64,000 bases of DNA from the IMG/VR virus record IMGVR_UViG_3300017917_002434, positions 62,001 through 126,000 of that record. The stretch is one strand, 5' to 3'. The position numbers were made by a program, and so were the translations under genes. Each line of letters opens with the position of its first letter. Positions within the stretch are counted from its first letter, which is position 1. The notes under the pieces were generated by a model that worked only from the letters and a program-made list of their open reading frames with translations, made no database searches and was not told the DNA's origin. This document shows positions 37,094-45,945 of this stretch, one piece after another.

Positions 37094-37918
37094 TTGACAA
37101 CAAAATTTACACCAGATCCTGTCTTAAATGAAAAGATAGATAGAGAATTCAAACCAGACGAATACAAAGACGAATATGTGCCTCTAGACAAACCAGTATA
37201 TGTAAAGGCACAGGATAGAAAACAAGATGGAGCATATCTAGCCGATATCATCCGTGTTAAGATGAAACACGATGGTAAGAGATATTGGGCAGGTGATAAT
37301 ATTTCCGAATACGTCACTGAAGAAATGAAGCACAAGCTCATCGATGAAGCTACAGAAGCCTTTGAACTTGTATTAGATAGACTCTTGATTGATCGTGAGA
37401 ACGATCCTAACAGCCATGGAACAGCCCGCAGACTTGCAAAAATGTACTTCAACGAAATCATGTCAGGTCGATATGAACCGAGTCCCTCAGCCACAGCGTT
37501 CCCTAATGATACAGAGGACCGTTACGAAGGTATGCTGGTTGTTCGCAGTGAGCTTCGCAGTATGTGTAGCCATCATCACCAGCCCGTTAATGGTGTTGCC
37601 TATATTGGTATTATTGCGGCTTCTAAGCTCATTGGCCTCTCTAAGTACACACGCATCGCACAGTGGTGTGCCCGACGTGGTACTCTCCAGGAGGAACTTG
37701 CTAATGATATTGCTCGCGAGATCTCCAAAGCCACGGGAGCCAAAGACGTAGGCGTTTACATTCAAGCTACACATGGTTGCTGTGAAAACAGAGGCATCAT
37801 GGCACATAGTTCATTGACGCAGACTACAGTATTAAAGGGTGCGTTCAAAGACGATCAAAGTACAAAGAAAGAGTTCTTTGATAATATTAAACTACAACAA
37901 GATTTCGCTCCGAGATAA
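37094..37918 (+). CDS. folE: GTP cyclohydrolase I
   Basis: SMCSHH, IGLSKY.R, LQEEL, HGCCENRG. Confidence 0.93.
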   Translation: MTTKFTPDPVLNEKIDREFKPDEYKDEYVPLDKPVYVKAQDRKQDGAYLADIIRVKMKHDGKRYWAGDNISEYVTEEMKHKLIDEATEAFELVLDRLLIDRENDPNSHGTARRLAKMYFNEIMSGRYEPSPSATAFPNDTEDRYEGMLVVRSELRSMCSHHHQPVNGVAYIGIIAASKLIGLSKYTRIAQWCARRGTLQEELANDIAREISKATGAKDVGVYIQATHGCCENRGIMAHSSLTQTTVLKGAFKDDQSTKKEFFDNIKLQQDFAPR

Positions 37919-37919
37919 T

Positions 37920-38150
37920 ATGAATACAGCAGAACAAGCCACAGCATTTATAAACAGAGTAAAGAATCTCAAAACGTTTGAAGTAAAGCGTATGTTAGAT
38001 GAGCCTTTAGAATTTAGAGGTGGCCGTATACCGTTCGATATCAAGGCTAATCAAGAATGTGCGTGGTTTCAGGTTCTCGCTGTGAGCCAGAAAGAAGCAG
38101 AAGAAATGGTCGATGCTTGGATGCGAGGCGATGATGATTACGAGGCTTAA
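37920..38150 (+). CDS. Hypothetical protein
   Basis: Start moved to MNTAEQ, right after the folE stop. Confidence 0.55.
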   Translation: MNTAEQATAFINRVKNLKTFEVKRMLDEPLEFRGGRIPFDIKANQECAWFQVLAVSQKEAEEMVDAWMRGDDDYEA

Positions 38151-38589
38151 AGACGAATTGATGGTCCAGCAGCAACTACCCGACGGCCTAGATACTGTTA
38201 ACGGTGCTTGGCAACATATGGTAGCTGTAATTATGTTGAACCAAACTGGTCGTGGTCCTGTAAAAAATGTTTTTCCTATTTTCATAGATAGATGGAGGAC
38301 TCCAGGGGCATTTTATAGAGCCTTTAAGCATTTTGGTCAAGACGAAGATATACGAGATATTATCTGGCCCCTAGGACTAGTTAGTGTAAGAGCAAAACGT
38401 CTCAAGCGTATGACGGAAGATTTTTTAACCTGGGATCATAACGATGCTACTAAACTCTACGGCATTGGCAAATACGGTTCTGATTCATACGAAATTTTCT
38501 TTAAAAAGAATTATACAGTTCAACCAACAGATAAAGAGCTACAACGTTATCTAAAAGAAGAGGTATTTAATGTTTCTGAGATTACTTGA
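38131..38589 (+). CDS. HhH-GPD DNA glycosylase, MBD4-like
   Basis: WQHMVAVIMLNQT, PLGL...RAKRL, LYGIGKYGSDSYEIF, P.DK.L..Y parallel the MBD4 glycosylase domain. Confidence 0.75.
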   Translation: MMITRLKDELMVQQQLPDGLDTVNGAWQHMVAVIMLNQTGRGPVKNVFPIFIDRWRTPGAFYRAFKHFGQDEDIRDIIWPLGLVSVRAKRLKRMTEDFLTWDHNDATKLYGIGKYGSDSYEIFFKKNYTVQPTDKELQRYLKEEVFNVSEIT

Positions 38590-39034
38590 ACGACTAGGTC
38601 GTAAACGTATTATAATGGATCGTGTTGACAACGAACCGTACCTAGAAAGATATTATCTATTTCTAAAAGATCGTAAAACTTTTCCCTTTAATATCTTTCT
38701 ACATAAATTTTTAAAAGGGGATCCAGATGACGTCCATGATCATCCGTGGTCTTACGCTACTCTAATTTTGAAAGGTGGTTACTATGAATGGACTCCGACG
38801 TTTGATGAGCATAACAACCAAGTTGGAGAAACTAGGCATTGGCGTGGCCCTGGCCATTTTCGTATTTGCAGTCCTAATAGCTATCATCGCATCGAACTTA
38901 AAGATGGGGTAACTGCTTGGACTCTGTTTATGCCGGGGCCTCAGAAACGAGAATGGGGATTTCTCGTAGATAACAAATGGATTCAAAACGAACAATACAT
39001 AGCACAACGCAAGGAGTCAAATGTTAAAACGTAA
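38570..39034 (+). CDS. Cupin-fold metal-binding protein
   Basis: HDHPW....IL.GGY.E ... YHRI ... WTLF. Confidence 0.7.
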   Translation: MFLRLLERLGRKRIIMDRVDNEPYLERYYLFLKDRKTFPFNIFLHKFLKGDPDDVHDHPWSYATLILKGGYYEWTPTFDEHNNQVGETRHWRGPGHFRICSPNSYHRIELKDGVTAWTLFMPGPQKREWGFLVDNKWIQNEQYIAQRKESNVKT

Positions 39035-39614
39035 AGTAAGTTGGCACGAATTTCAGAATTTAGTTTCTAAAATCTGCAGAGACATCAGTCTAAGTAACTG
39101 GCGTCCTGATTATGTAGTAGGCATTACTAGAGGTGGATTATTACCAGCGGTGATGATAAGTCAGTATTTCAAAGTACCTTGTGAGACTCTAAAAGTTAGC
39201 TTACGAGGTAATGCCGGAGAAGTAGATACAGAAAGTAACCTCTGGATGGCGTCTGACGCTTTAGGTTACAATAGAACTAAAGAAGTCGCTGATGAAAATG
39301 ACATTGAAGCAATTTTTGAAGCTGCGACTGAGTTATTAGAAAACGGCGAAACATATAAAAATATATTGATAGTAGACGATATTAACGATACTGGTGCTAC
39401 AATAAACTGGATATTAAAAGACTGGCCGTCTAGTTGCTTTCCATCCGATCCTATGTGGCAAGATGTTTGGAATAATAATGTTAGATTTGCTACAGTATTC
39501 GATAATCTAGCCAGTCAAGCAGAAGTCTCTATGGATTATGTAGGTGAGGAAATAAACAAAGCCGAAAATCCTGTTTGGATAGAATTTCCTTTCGAAGAAT
39601 GGTGGACTAAATGA
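39021..39614 (+). CDS. Type I purine phosphoribosyltransferase (Gpt-like)
   Basis: VVGITRGGL.PA, PRPP loop ILIVDDINDTGAT, WIEFP.E. Confidence 0.85.
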   Translation: MLKRKVSWHEFQNLVSKICRDISLSNWRPDYVVGITRGGLLPAVMISQYFKVPCETLKVSLRGNAGEVDTESNLWMASDALGYNRTKEVADENDIEAIFEAATELLENGETYKNILIVDDINDTGATINWILKDWPSSCFPSDPMWQDVWNNNVRFATVFDNLASQAEVSMDYVGEEINKAENPVWIEFPFEEWWTK

Positions 39615-39838
39615 TAGATGCCAAAGTAAAGATACGCTGCACTGACAACGGTAAAGATGTAGAAGCACATATTTTAAATTATAAGCCTAAAGCATTTTTA
39701 GAAGTTGCTTTCCAGACTGTAAAATTACGTATGGTATACAAAGAGAATACTAAAGTATTTTTTGGTAATCTTATGGGTAGAGAATTTGTTATTAAAGAAG
39801 ATTCGTTACCTCAAGAACGCAAGGAGTTTCAGCGATGA
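39611..39838 (+). CDS. Hypothetical protein
   Basis: Coupled ORF. Confidence 0.55.
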   Translation: MIDAKVKIRCTDNGKDVEAHILNYKPKAFLEVAFQTVKLRMVYKENTKVFFGNLMGREFVIKEDSLPQERKEFQR

Positions 39839-40233
39839 AAGGCGATAATGTTAAAGTCATAAAAGATCAACCTCCATTTATAGAAGATGGAGATGCTCCA
39901 TGGGATAATCTTTTAGAAGAAGATTATCATGTAAAGGTATTTGCTGACAAATATCCAGTTACAGAAGGACACGTTTTATTTGTGCCTAAATATAACACCG
40001 TAGCTGTGCTCATGGATGCGTTTGAAGATGCTATTACTGATGGTATAAGAATGGTCCAAAATGGTAAATGCGATGGCTTTAATGTCGGTTTCAATTACGG
40101 CAGTGCGGCAGGGCAGACAGTTCCGTGGCCGCATGTACATTTAATTCCCCGGAGGTCGGGAGATATGGAGGACCCTACAGGTGGCGTAAGACACGTCATT
40201 CCTGAAAAGGGCAATTATAGGAAAACAAAATGA
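39835..40233 (+). CDS. HIT-family nucleotide hydrolase
   Basis: YPVTEGHVLFVPK, AGQTV..PHVHLIPR. Confidence 0.88.
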   Translation: MKGDNVKVIKDQPPFIEDGDAPWDNLLEEDYHVKVFADKYPVTEGHVLFVPKYNTVAVLMDAFEDAITDGIRMVQNGKCDGFNVGFNYGSAAGQTVPWPHVHLIPRRSGDMEDPTGGVRHVIPEKGNYRKTK

Positions 40234-40433
40234 GAGACAAGATGATCAGTGTTCTAAAACAACACTTTGAAGCACATATTTTGAAGCATAGAATGAATGT
40301 AGATATCATGTTAAGTAACCCTATGGCTATTCATGATCATACAGATTTAATGGAAGCTATTGAAAAGGAAGTTGATAAAATTTCTGAGTACATGGATAAA
40401 CTAGAAGTAATGGAAAAATATTTCCGTGACTGA
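40230..40433 (+). CDS. Hypothetical protein
   Basis: Coupled ORF. Confidence 0.55.
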   Translation: MRDKMISVLKQHFEAHILKHRMNVDIMLSNPMAIHDHTDLMEAIEKEVDKISEYMDKLEVMEKYFRD

Positions 40434-40620
40434 GATTAAAGTTCGCTGGAAAAATCAATCGAACACTTGGTGGAATGAAACCTGTGCTCGAATACTTGAA
40501 CGGTTTGGTCTTCCAGGAGATCGATATACTACTGAAGTCGGTGCCGACGAAATGATATTTTTCTTTAAAGACGATCGAGATGCTTTTTTTTGTAGACTAA
40601 TGATCAGCGAGGAACTATGA
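40426..40620 (+). CDS. Hypothetical protein
   Basis: GTG start; FGLPG.RY and F.D.RDA..F motifs. Confidence 0.55.
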   Translation: MTEIKVRWKNQSNTWWNETCARILERFGLPGDRYTTEVGADEMIFFFKDDRDAFFCRLMISEEL

Positions 40621-40826
40621 GTATGCGTGATAGAATTATCGTAATAATAGCGTTGGCATTTTGTGTCTATATATTATTCAACTCAGATCTTAGTAATAAT
40701 AGAACAAAAATTTACGATTGTACTATTTCCGAGATCAGTCCCGATTTTCCTATAGAAGTAAGAGAGGAATGTCGCAGATTAAGAAAAGAATATCACGAAA
40801 GACATAATAACAAGTATACAACATGA
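40617..40826 (+). CDS. Small membrane-anchored protein
   Basis: N-terminal TM; YDC..SEISPDFP..V..ECR. Confidence 0.55.
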   Translation: MSMRDRIIVIIALAFCVYILFNSDLSNNRTKIYDCTISEISPDFPIEVREECRRLRKEYHERHNNKYTT

Positions 40827-41641
40827 GTAGAGCATTATTTTTAGGTGATAGTCATACTTGCGGATACGTAACTATCCCAGGAAAGACCGGATTTGGTAGT
40901 TATAGCATGTGGAATGACAATAACTACGCCGAATCATATGCTAAAGAGTATTCTAAACCTACAGCGGTGTATGCGTTGCCTGGAGTATGTAATAGAATCT
41001 ACCCAGACTGGTTGAGATCTATGTTAGACAAACATCCTGATATAGATGAAGTATTTGTTCTTTTAGCTAGTTTCAACAGATTTGTACTAGCATTTAACGA
41101 AAAGTTATCACAGGACGTTTTGCCAGCAGACTATTTTACACTACAACATGAGAAAAAAGATCCTCTCATCGACTTGTATTACGATCAAATTTTTAAAGAC
41201 GACCGGTTCCAACTTCTTAATAAGCCGACCTATGAAGATTTTGGAAAAATAGCAGATATAAGTTTTGATTATAAAAATGGACTTATTAAGCCGGATCTGA
41301 GGAAAGACACATTTATGGATGTAAAATTATTCTTTGATCTAAATACTCATCTGGAACAAAGAGATTTTTTCAAAGATATTTTAGTTATGGACAGAATGTG
41401 CGAAGATCACGGATGTAAAATTTATCTTTTTAACATGACTGACCGTGTACAGTTTCCGGATCGTTTTGATTTTTACACAAAATTAAAATCTACAGTAATT
41501 TCACCAATTACTATAGAATCGTTCTTTAGACAAAGATTCATCGATCATAGAAAATACTATCTCGATGATAATGAACATTATAATAAATCGTTTCACGATT
41601 TGATTGCTACCAAATTTATTCCATGGCTAAAAACAATTTAA
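40823..41641 (+). CDS. SGNH/GDSL-like hydrolase/acyltransferase
   Basis: FLGDSHT.G block I; C-terminal DNEH. Confidence 0.6.
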   Translation: MSRALFLGDSHTCGYVTIPGKTGFGSYSMWNDNNYAESYAKEYSKPTAVYALPGVCNRIYPDWLRSMLDKHPDIDEVFVLLASFNRFVLAFNEKLSQDVLPADYFTLQHEKKDPLIDLYYDQIFKDDRFQLLNKPTYEDFGKIADISFDYKNGLIKPDLRKDTFMDVKLFFDLNTHLEQRDFFKDILVMDRMCEDHGCKIYLFNMTDRVQFPDRFDFYTKLKSTVISPITIESFFRQRFIDHRKYYLDDNEHYNKSFHDLIATKFIPWLKTI

Positions 41642-42225
41642 AAATCTTATTAGCAGGAGATAGTTTTTCTGCGAAATGGCCCGACGGTCCCTCAGGATGG
41701 CCAGAATTATTACGGAAAGAGTTTAACATAACGAATGTATCACAGGCAGGTGTAGGCGAATATAAAATCTTAAAGCAGATCGAGAGTCAAGATATAAAAA
41801 AATTCGATCTAGTAATTGTTAACCACACTAGCCCTTTTAGAGTACATACATCTAAACCTATCCATAATAGCAAATTACATGCTAACTGTGATCTTATCTT
41901 TACAGATGTTGAATCGAATTTAGATATTAAAAACGAAAGCACAGTGACCGCATATAATTGGTTCAAGTATCATTACGACGAGCTGTATCAAAAAGACATT
42001 TACGATTTACTTAGAAAAGAAATTCATAGATCTATTACTGTTCCTTACCTAGCTATAGATCACACAGATACAAGTTTCAAACATTCTTTCGAGGAACCGC
42101 ATATTGATTTTACTAATCATTGGAGATTCCATCGAGGTTTAGTAAATCATTATACAGAAGAAGGTAATAAAATCGTCGCTCAAAAAATAAAGGAGAAAAT
42201 CAATGAGATGGGTCTTAACTGTTGA
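41623..42225 (+). CDS. SGNH/GDSL-like protein
   Basis: AGDSFS, N.SQAGVG, NHY..EGN. Confidence 0.6.
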   Translation: MAKNNLKILLAGDSFSAKWPDGPSGWPELLRKEFNITNVSQAGVGEYKILKQIESQDIKKFDLVIVNHTSPFRVHTSKPIHNSKLHANCDLIFTDVESNLDIKNESTVTAYNWFKYHYDELYQKDIYDLLRKEIHRSITVPYLAIDHTDTSFKHSFEEPHIDFTNHWRFHRGLVNHYTEEGNKIVAQKIKEKINEMGLNC

Positions 42226-42370
42226 TGACGATGGTGTTTTAACTTTTCCGCCAGAGCTGTTAGAAGCTAACGGATGGAAAGAAGGCGATGTGCTAGTTTG
42301 GAAAAATAATGAGGACGGTTCTTGGACATTGTCTAAAAAACTTGACAACGACAAAGAAGAGAGTGTATAA
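42203..42370 (+). CDS. AbrB/MazE/SpoVT-like small protein, 55 aa (not in ORF track)
   Basis: AGGAG RBS; MRWVLTVDDDGVLTFPPELLEANGWKEGDVLVW. Confidence 0.7.
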   Translation: MRWVLTVDDDGVLTFPPELLEANGWKEGDVLVWKNNEDGSWTLSKKLDNDKEESV

Positions 42371-42371
42371 T
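42342..42371 (+). promoter_or_regulatory. Sigma70 promoter TTGACA-N18-TATAAT
   Basis: Perfect hexamers; predicted start site near ATG 42378. Confidence 0.65.
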
Positions 42372-42377
42372 ATAACT

Positions 42378-42656
42378 ATGAACACCAAATCTCACGAAAT
42401 CATGAGCATTCTTCAAGAAGAATGTTCCGAAGTAATCCAAGCAGTTTCGAAAATTAATAGATTCGGAATCGATAATTACAAACCAGGAAAACCAAAAACT
42501 AACAGAGAACATCTAGAAGAAGAATTGGGAGACCTATTAGCAATGGTCGATCTTTTAGAAAAAGATGGTATCATCTCTAAAGATAAAATGGAAGTGGCTA
42601 AGAAAGCCAAATTCGAAAAACTAAAAAAATGGTCAAGTATCTATGAGCAAAATTAA
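42378..42656 (+). CDS. MazG-like NTP pyrophosphatase
   Basis: LQEECSEVIQAVSK...LEEELGDL; start moved to MNTKS. Confidence 0.8.
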   Translation: MNTKSHEIMSILQEECSEVIQAVSKINRFGIDNYKPGKPKTNREHLEEELGDLLAMVDLLEKDGIISKDKMEVAKKAKFEKLKKWSSIYEQN

Positions 42657-43494
42657 AATAGCAGAACTGTTTTACAGCATACAAGGTGAAGGACGTTATA
42701 TGGGCGTGCCTTCTGTTTTCTTACGTACATTTGGTTGTAACTTTAAGTGTGCTGGGTTTGGTATGCCTAAAGGGCAACTTAGTAAAGAAATCGAAGATAT
42801 CGCAGCCAGAGTACATTATTTTAAAACATATGAAGAACTCCCATTGGTTTCTACTGGTTGTGATAGTTACGCTAGCTGGGATCCTCGCTTTAAGGATCTT
42901 AGTCCAATGCTTACTAGCGACGCCATCGCACAAAGAATCTGCGAGATTCTACCGTTCAATGAATGGAGAGACGAGCATCTCGTCATCACAGGAGGAGAAC
43001 CGTTGCTTGGGTGGCAACGTGCTTACCCCGAACTGTTAGATCATCCTAAGATGAAGGATCTCAGAGAAATTACGTTTGAAACAAATGGTACTCAAAAACT
43101 TACTCCAGAATTTAAAAAATATCTATTAGACTGGGGCATGGAGAATCGAGGATATCATAGATTGACTTTTAGTGTCAGTGCCAAACTTAGTTGTTCTGGT
43201 GAGCCGAGACACGAAGCTATACGTCCCGATGTTGTTTGTGAATATGAAGAAGTCGGTTATACATATCTTAAATTTGTCATCGCCACAGAAGAAGATGCCG
43301 AGGAAGCCATCGAAACCTATGACATTTATCGTGCTGAAGGATTTAGCGGGCCTTGTTATCTAATGCCTGTAGGTGGAGTAGAAAGTGTTTACAATTTGAA
43401 TAACCGTCGAGTAGCAGAATTAGCTATGAAGAGCGGCTTACGTTATAGTGACAGATTACAAGTACCGTTATTTAAGAATGAGTGGGGAACATAA
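42643..43494 (+). CDS. queE: 7-carboxy-7-deazaguanine synthase (radical SAM)
   Basis: ELFYSIQGEG, VFLRTFGCN..C, CDS, VITGGEP, ETNG, RLQV. Confidence 0.88.
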   Translation: MSKIKIAELFYSIQGEGRYMGVPSVFLRTFGCNFKCAGFGMPKGQLSKEIEDIAARVHYFKTYEELPLVSTGCDSYASWDPRFKDLSPMLTSDAIAQRICEILPFNEWRDEHLVITGGEPLLGWQRAYPELLDHPKMKDLREITFETNGTQKLTPEFKKYLLDWGMENRGYHRLTFSVSAKLSCSGEPRHEAIRPDVVCEYEEVGYTYLKFVIATEEDAEEAIETYDIYRAEGFSGPCYLMPVGGVESVYNLNNRRVAELAMKSGLRYSDRLQVPLFKNEWGT

Positions 43495-43922
43495 TGAAAA
43501 AAATTATAGATAAATTTTTCGGTCTCGAAAAATTAAAAGAAGAGAAAGAGGCATTACAGGCCGCAAGAGATAAAGCAGTTGCTGAAACCGTTCGAGCACA
43601 GGAGGAAGCCGAACTTGCCAAAATGACTCCAAAAGATCGTGCTACCAAAAAAGGCGAGCCTTGGGTCAGTGTATTAGATACCAAAGTAAATCCAGATAAT
43701 ATCCGTAACGGATTTTTCGAACTTGACTGGAACGAACAATTTGTGCTAAAATTAAAGCAAGAGGGTTATGGTTTCGATGGCGACCCTGATGAAGAAATCG
43801 TTGATCGCTGGTTTAGGGATATCGTTAGGCAGATGTTGGCCGAAGAAGGAATGGATGTCAATAGACCCGCAGGTTATATTAATGTAACACCTATCTCTAA
43901 AGGAAAGTCAGAAGTTTCATGA
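43494..43922 (+). CDS. Hypothetical protein
   Basis: TAATG-coupled start; FELDWN..F motif. Confidence 0.6.
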   Translation: MKKIIDKFFGLEKLKEEKEALQAARDKAVAETVRAQEEAELAKMTPKDRATKKGEPWVSVLDTKVNPDNIRNGFFELDWNEQFVLKLKQEGYGFDGDPDEEIVDRWFRDIVRQMLAEEGMDVNRPAGYINVTPISKGKSEVS

Positions 43923-44905
43923 CATATATATTAGTCGATACTGCTAACACGTTTTTTCGTGCTAGACACGTAATTCGCGGCGATGCTGATATTAAAATCG
44001 GCATGGCTTTCCATATCACTCTAAATTCTATACGTAAAGCATGGCAGGATTTTAAAGGTACCCATGTTATTTTCTGCTTAGAAGGCAGATCTTGGCGTAA
44101 AGACTACTACGAGCCTTATAAACGCAATCGTAGTGATGCTAGAGCAGCCCTAACTCCTAAAGAACAGGAAGAAGATAAATTATTTTGGGAAGCATTTGAT
44201 ACTTTTAAAGAGTTTGTTTCAGAAAAAACAAATTGTACAGTCCTACAAAATCCAAGATTAGAAGCAGACGATCTTATCGCAGGTTGGATACAAAATCATC
44301 CAAAATCTCAACATGTAATTATTTCTACCGATTCTGACTTTGAACAATTAATCGCACCTAATGTAAAACAATATAACGGTGTAAGCGAAATCACGATCAC
44401 ACACGAAGGCTATTTTGATGCTAAAGGCAACAAAGTCAAAGATAAAAAGACAGGAGAAGAAAAGGCAGCACCAGATCCAGAGTGGCTCCTATTCGAAAAA
44501 TGTATGCGTGGTGATACCAGTGATAATGTCTTCTCAGCGTATCCAGGTGTGCGTACTAAAGGCACAAGCAAAAAAGTGGGTCTTGCTGAAGCGTTCGAGG
44601 ATCGTAAAAGCAAAGGATTTGCGTGGAACAATCTCATGCTTCAGAGATGGACTGACCACGAAGGCAAAGAACATCGTGTGTTAGAAGATTACGAACGTAA
44701 TCGTCGACTTATCGATCTTTCATTTCAACCAGATGATATCAAATCTATTATAAATGAAACTATCCACACAGCTACAACTGCTGATAAAAATATCAGCCAA
44801 GTAGGTATTAGACTGATGAAATTTTGTAACCTGTTCGATCTTAAAAAGATCGCTGATCAGGCACAGAGTTATTCGGAGCCACTTAATGCGAGGTATACAC
44901 AATGA
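43919..44905 (+). CDS. rnh: 5'-3' exonuclease/RNase H (T4 Rnh/FEN1-like)
   Basis: LVD, SWRK...YK.NR, EADD, STDSD, GDTSDNV. Confidence 0.88.
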   Translation: MTYILVDTANTFFRARHVIRGDADIKIGMAFHITLNSIRKAWQDFKGTHVIFCLEGRSWRKDYYEPYKRNRSDARAALTPKEQEEDKLFWEAFDTFKEFVSEKTNCTVLQNPRLEADDLIAGWIQNHPKSQHVIISTDSDFEQLIAPNVKQYNGVSEITITHEGYFDAKGNKVKDKKTGEEKAAPDPEWLLFEKCMRGDTSDNVFSAYPGVRTKGTSKKVGLAEAFEDRKSKGFAWNNLMLQRWTDHEGKEHRVLEDYERNRRLIDLSFQPDDIKSIINETIHTATTADKNISQVGIRLMKFCNLFDLKKIADQAQSYSEPLNARYTQ

Positions 44906-45378
44906 CAGACATCCATGCTAAACCAATTATCGATAATAAATTCTGGATCGTAGAAGAGAACGGCGAAAAAATTGCCACACTTCGAAAGAACGAAGACGAA
45001 CGATTCGTTATGAGTAACGAGAAAGGTGTTAAAATTTATGACACCAAAAAAAGTCTTACTGACCAGTTCGGTAAGGATTTCTTTGTTGTAAAAATTCTTA
45101 AAGAAGCGAGAGATGCCAATCCGATGGAAGTACATGGTTACGCTACCAGTGCCGATCCACACAATGCCATGTACGACATACAAAGAAAACTACCGTTGTT
45201 TACTAAGAGTGGCGACTCAAAGAGTTTGTATTGTGCTGGTTACTATGTCATTCGTTTTGATAAAGGTTGGGTCAAATCATTCTGTCCCAAATTAATTACC
45301 TTACAACGTTATCAGTATGAAGGTCCTTTTAAGACTGAAGTAGAAATGCGTCAAAGGCTATCACATGTCTCAAGATAA
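44902..45378 (+). CDS. Hypothetical protein
   Basis: Coupled ORF. Confidence 0.6.
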   Translation: MTDIHAKPIIDNKFWIVEENGEKIATLRKNEDERFVMSNEKGVKIYDTKKSLTDQFGKDFFVVKILKEARDANPMEVHGYATSADPHNAMYDIQRKLPLFTKSGDSKSLYCAGYYVIRFDKGWVKSFCPKLITLQRYQYEGPFKTEVEMRQRLSHVSR

Positions 45379-45613
45379 AATTTCACTACAACTGCCCAGT
45401 ATCGAAAGACTGGTACAAAGACTAGTTGCTGCCGAAAAAACCAATCAAAAAGAAATTCGGATAACTGTACAAGAAGCAAGGGAACTAACTACTGACCTTA
45501 GCCTATTAACTACTAAATTAGGTAAACAAATACAAGAAATACATGCTAGATTGGACAAATTGACCGCAGGGCAAGAACAAATAACAGTTCAGATGGATGG
45601 CGGAACTTTTTAG
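45365..45613 (+). CDS. Hypothetical protein
   Basis: Coiled-coil; ends MDGGTF. Confidence 0.55.
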   Translation: MSQDKISLQLPSIERLVQRLVAAEKTNQKEIRITVQEARELTTDLSLLTTKLGKQIQEIHARLDKLTAGQEQITVQMDGGTF

Positions 45614-45651
45614 CGAGATAAATATATGCGTGTATTATTGTAGAGAAATAG

Positions 45652-45945
45652 ATGAGTAGACCTAAGCCAAAAGTACTGCTAGAGTATGCTAATAAAGAAA
45701 ATTTCAAGGTAGAACAGATCCTTGAATCTGATGCCATATGGGCGGTCTTTTATCTAGGAAAACCTTTTAATTTAAAAAGTGGTAGTTTGATATCTAGCTA
45801 TCCTGGACCTAAATACAAAAAGGTAAGTTTTTCTAATCCTGGTCATGCGTATAATCTAGCAAAAAAATTAAACAAGTTATTTAAGACAGAAGATTTCCAA
45901 GTCGTTAAATTGACCCAAGGCGAAATCATCAAGTCTAAGAAATGA
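45652..45945 (+). CDS. Hypothetical protein
   Basis: Preceded by GATAAATA (45617-45624). Confidence 0.6.
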   Translation: MSRPKPKVLLEYANKENFKVEQILESDAIWAVFYLGKPFNLKSGSLISSYPGPKYKKVSFSNPGHAYNLAKKLNKLFKTEDFQVVKLTQGEIIKSKK

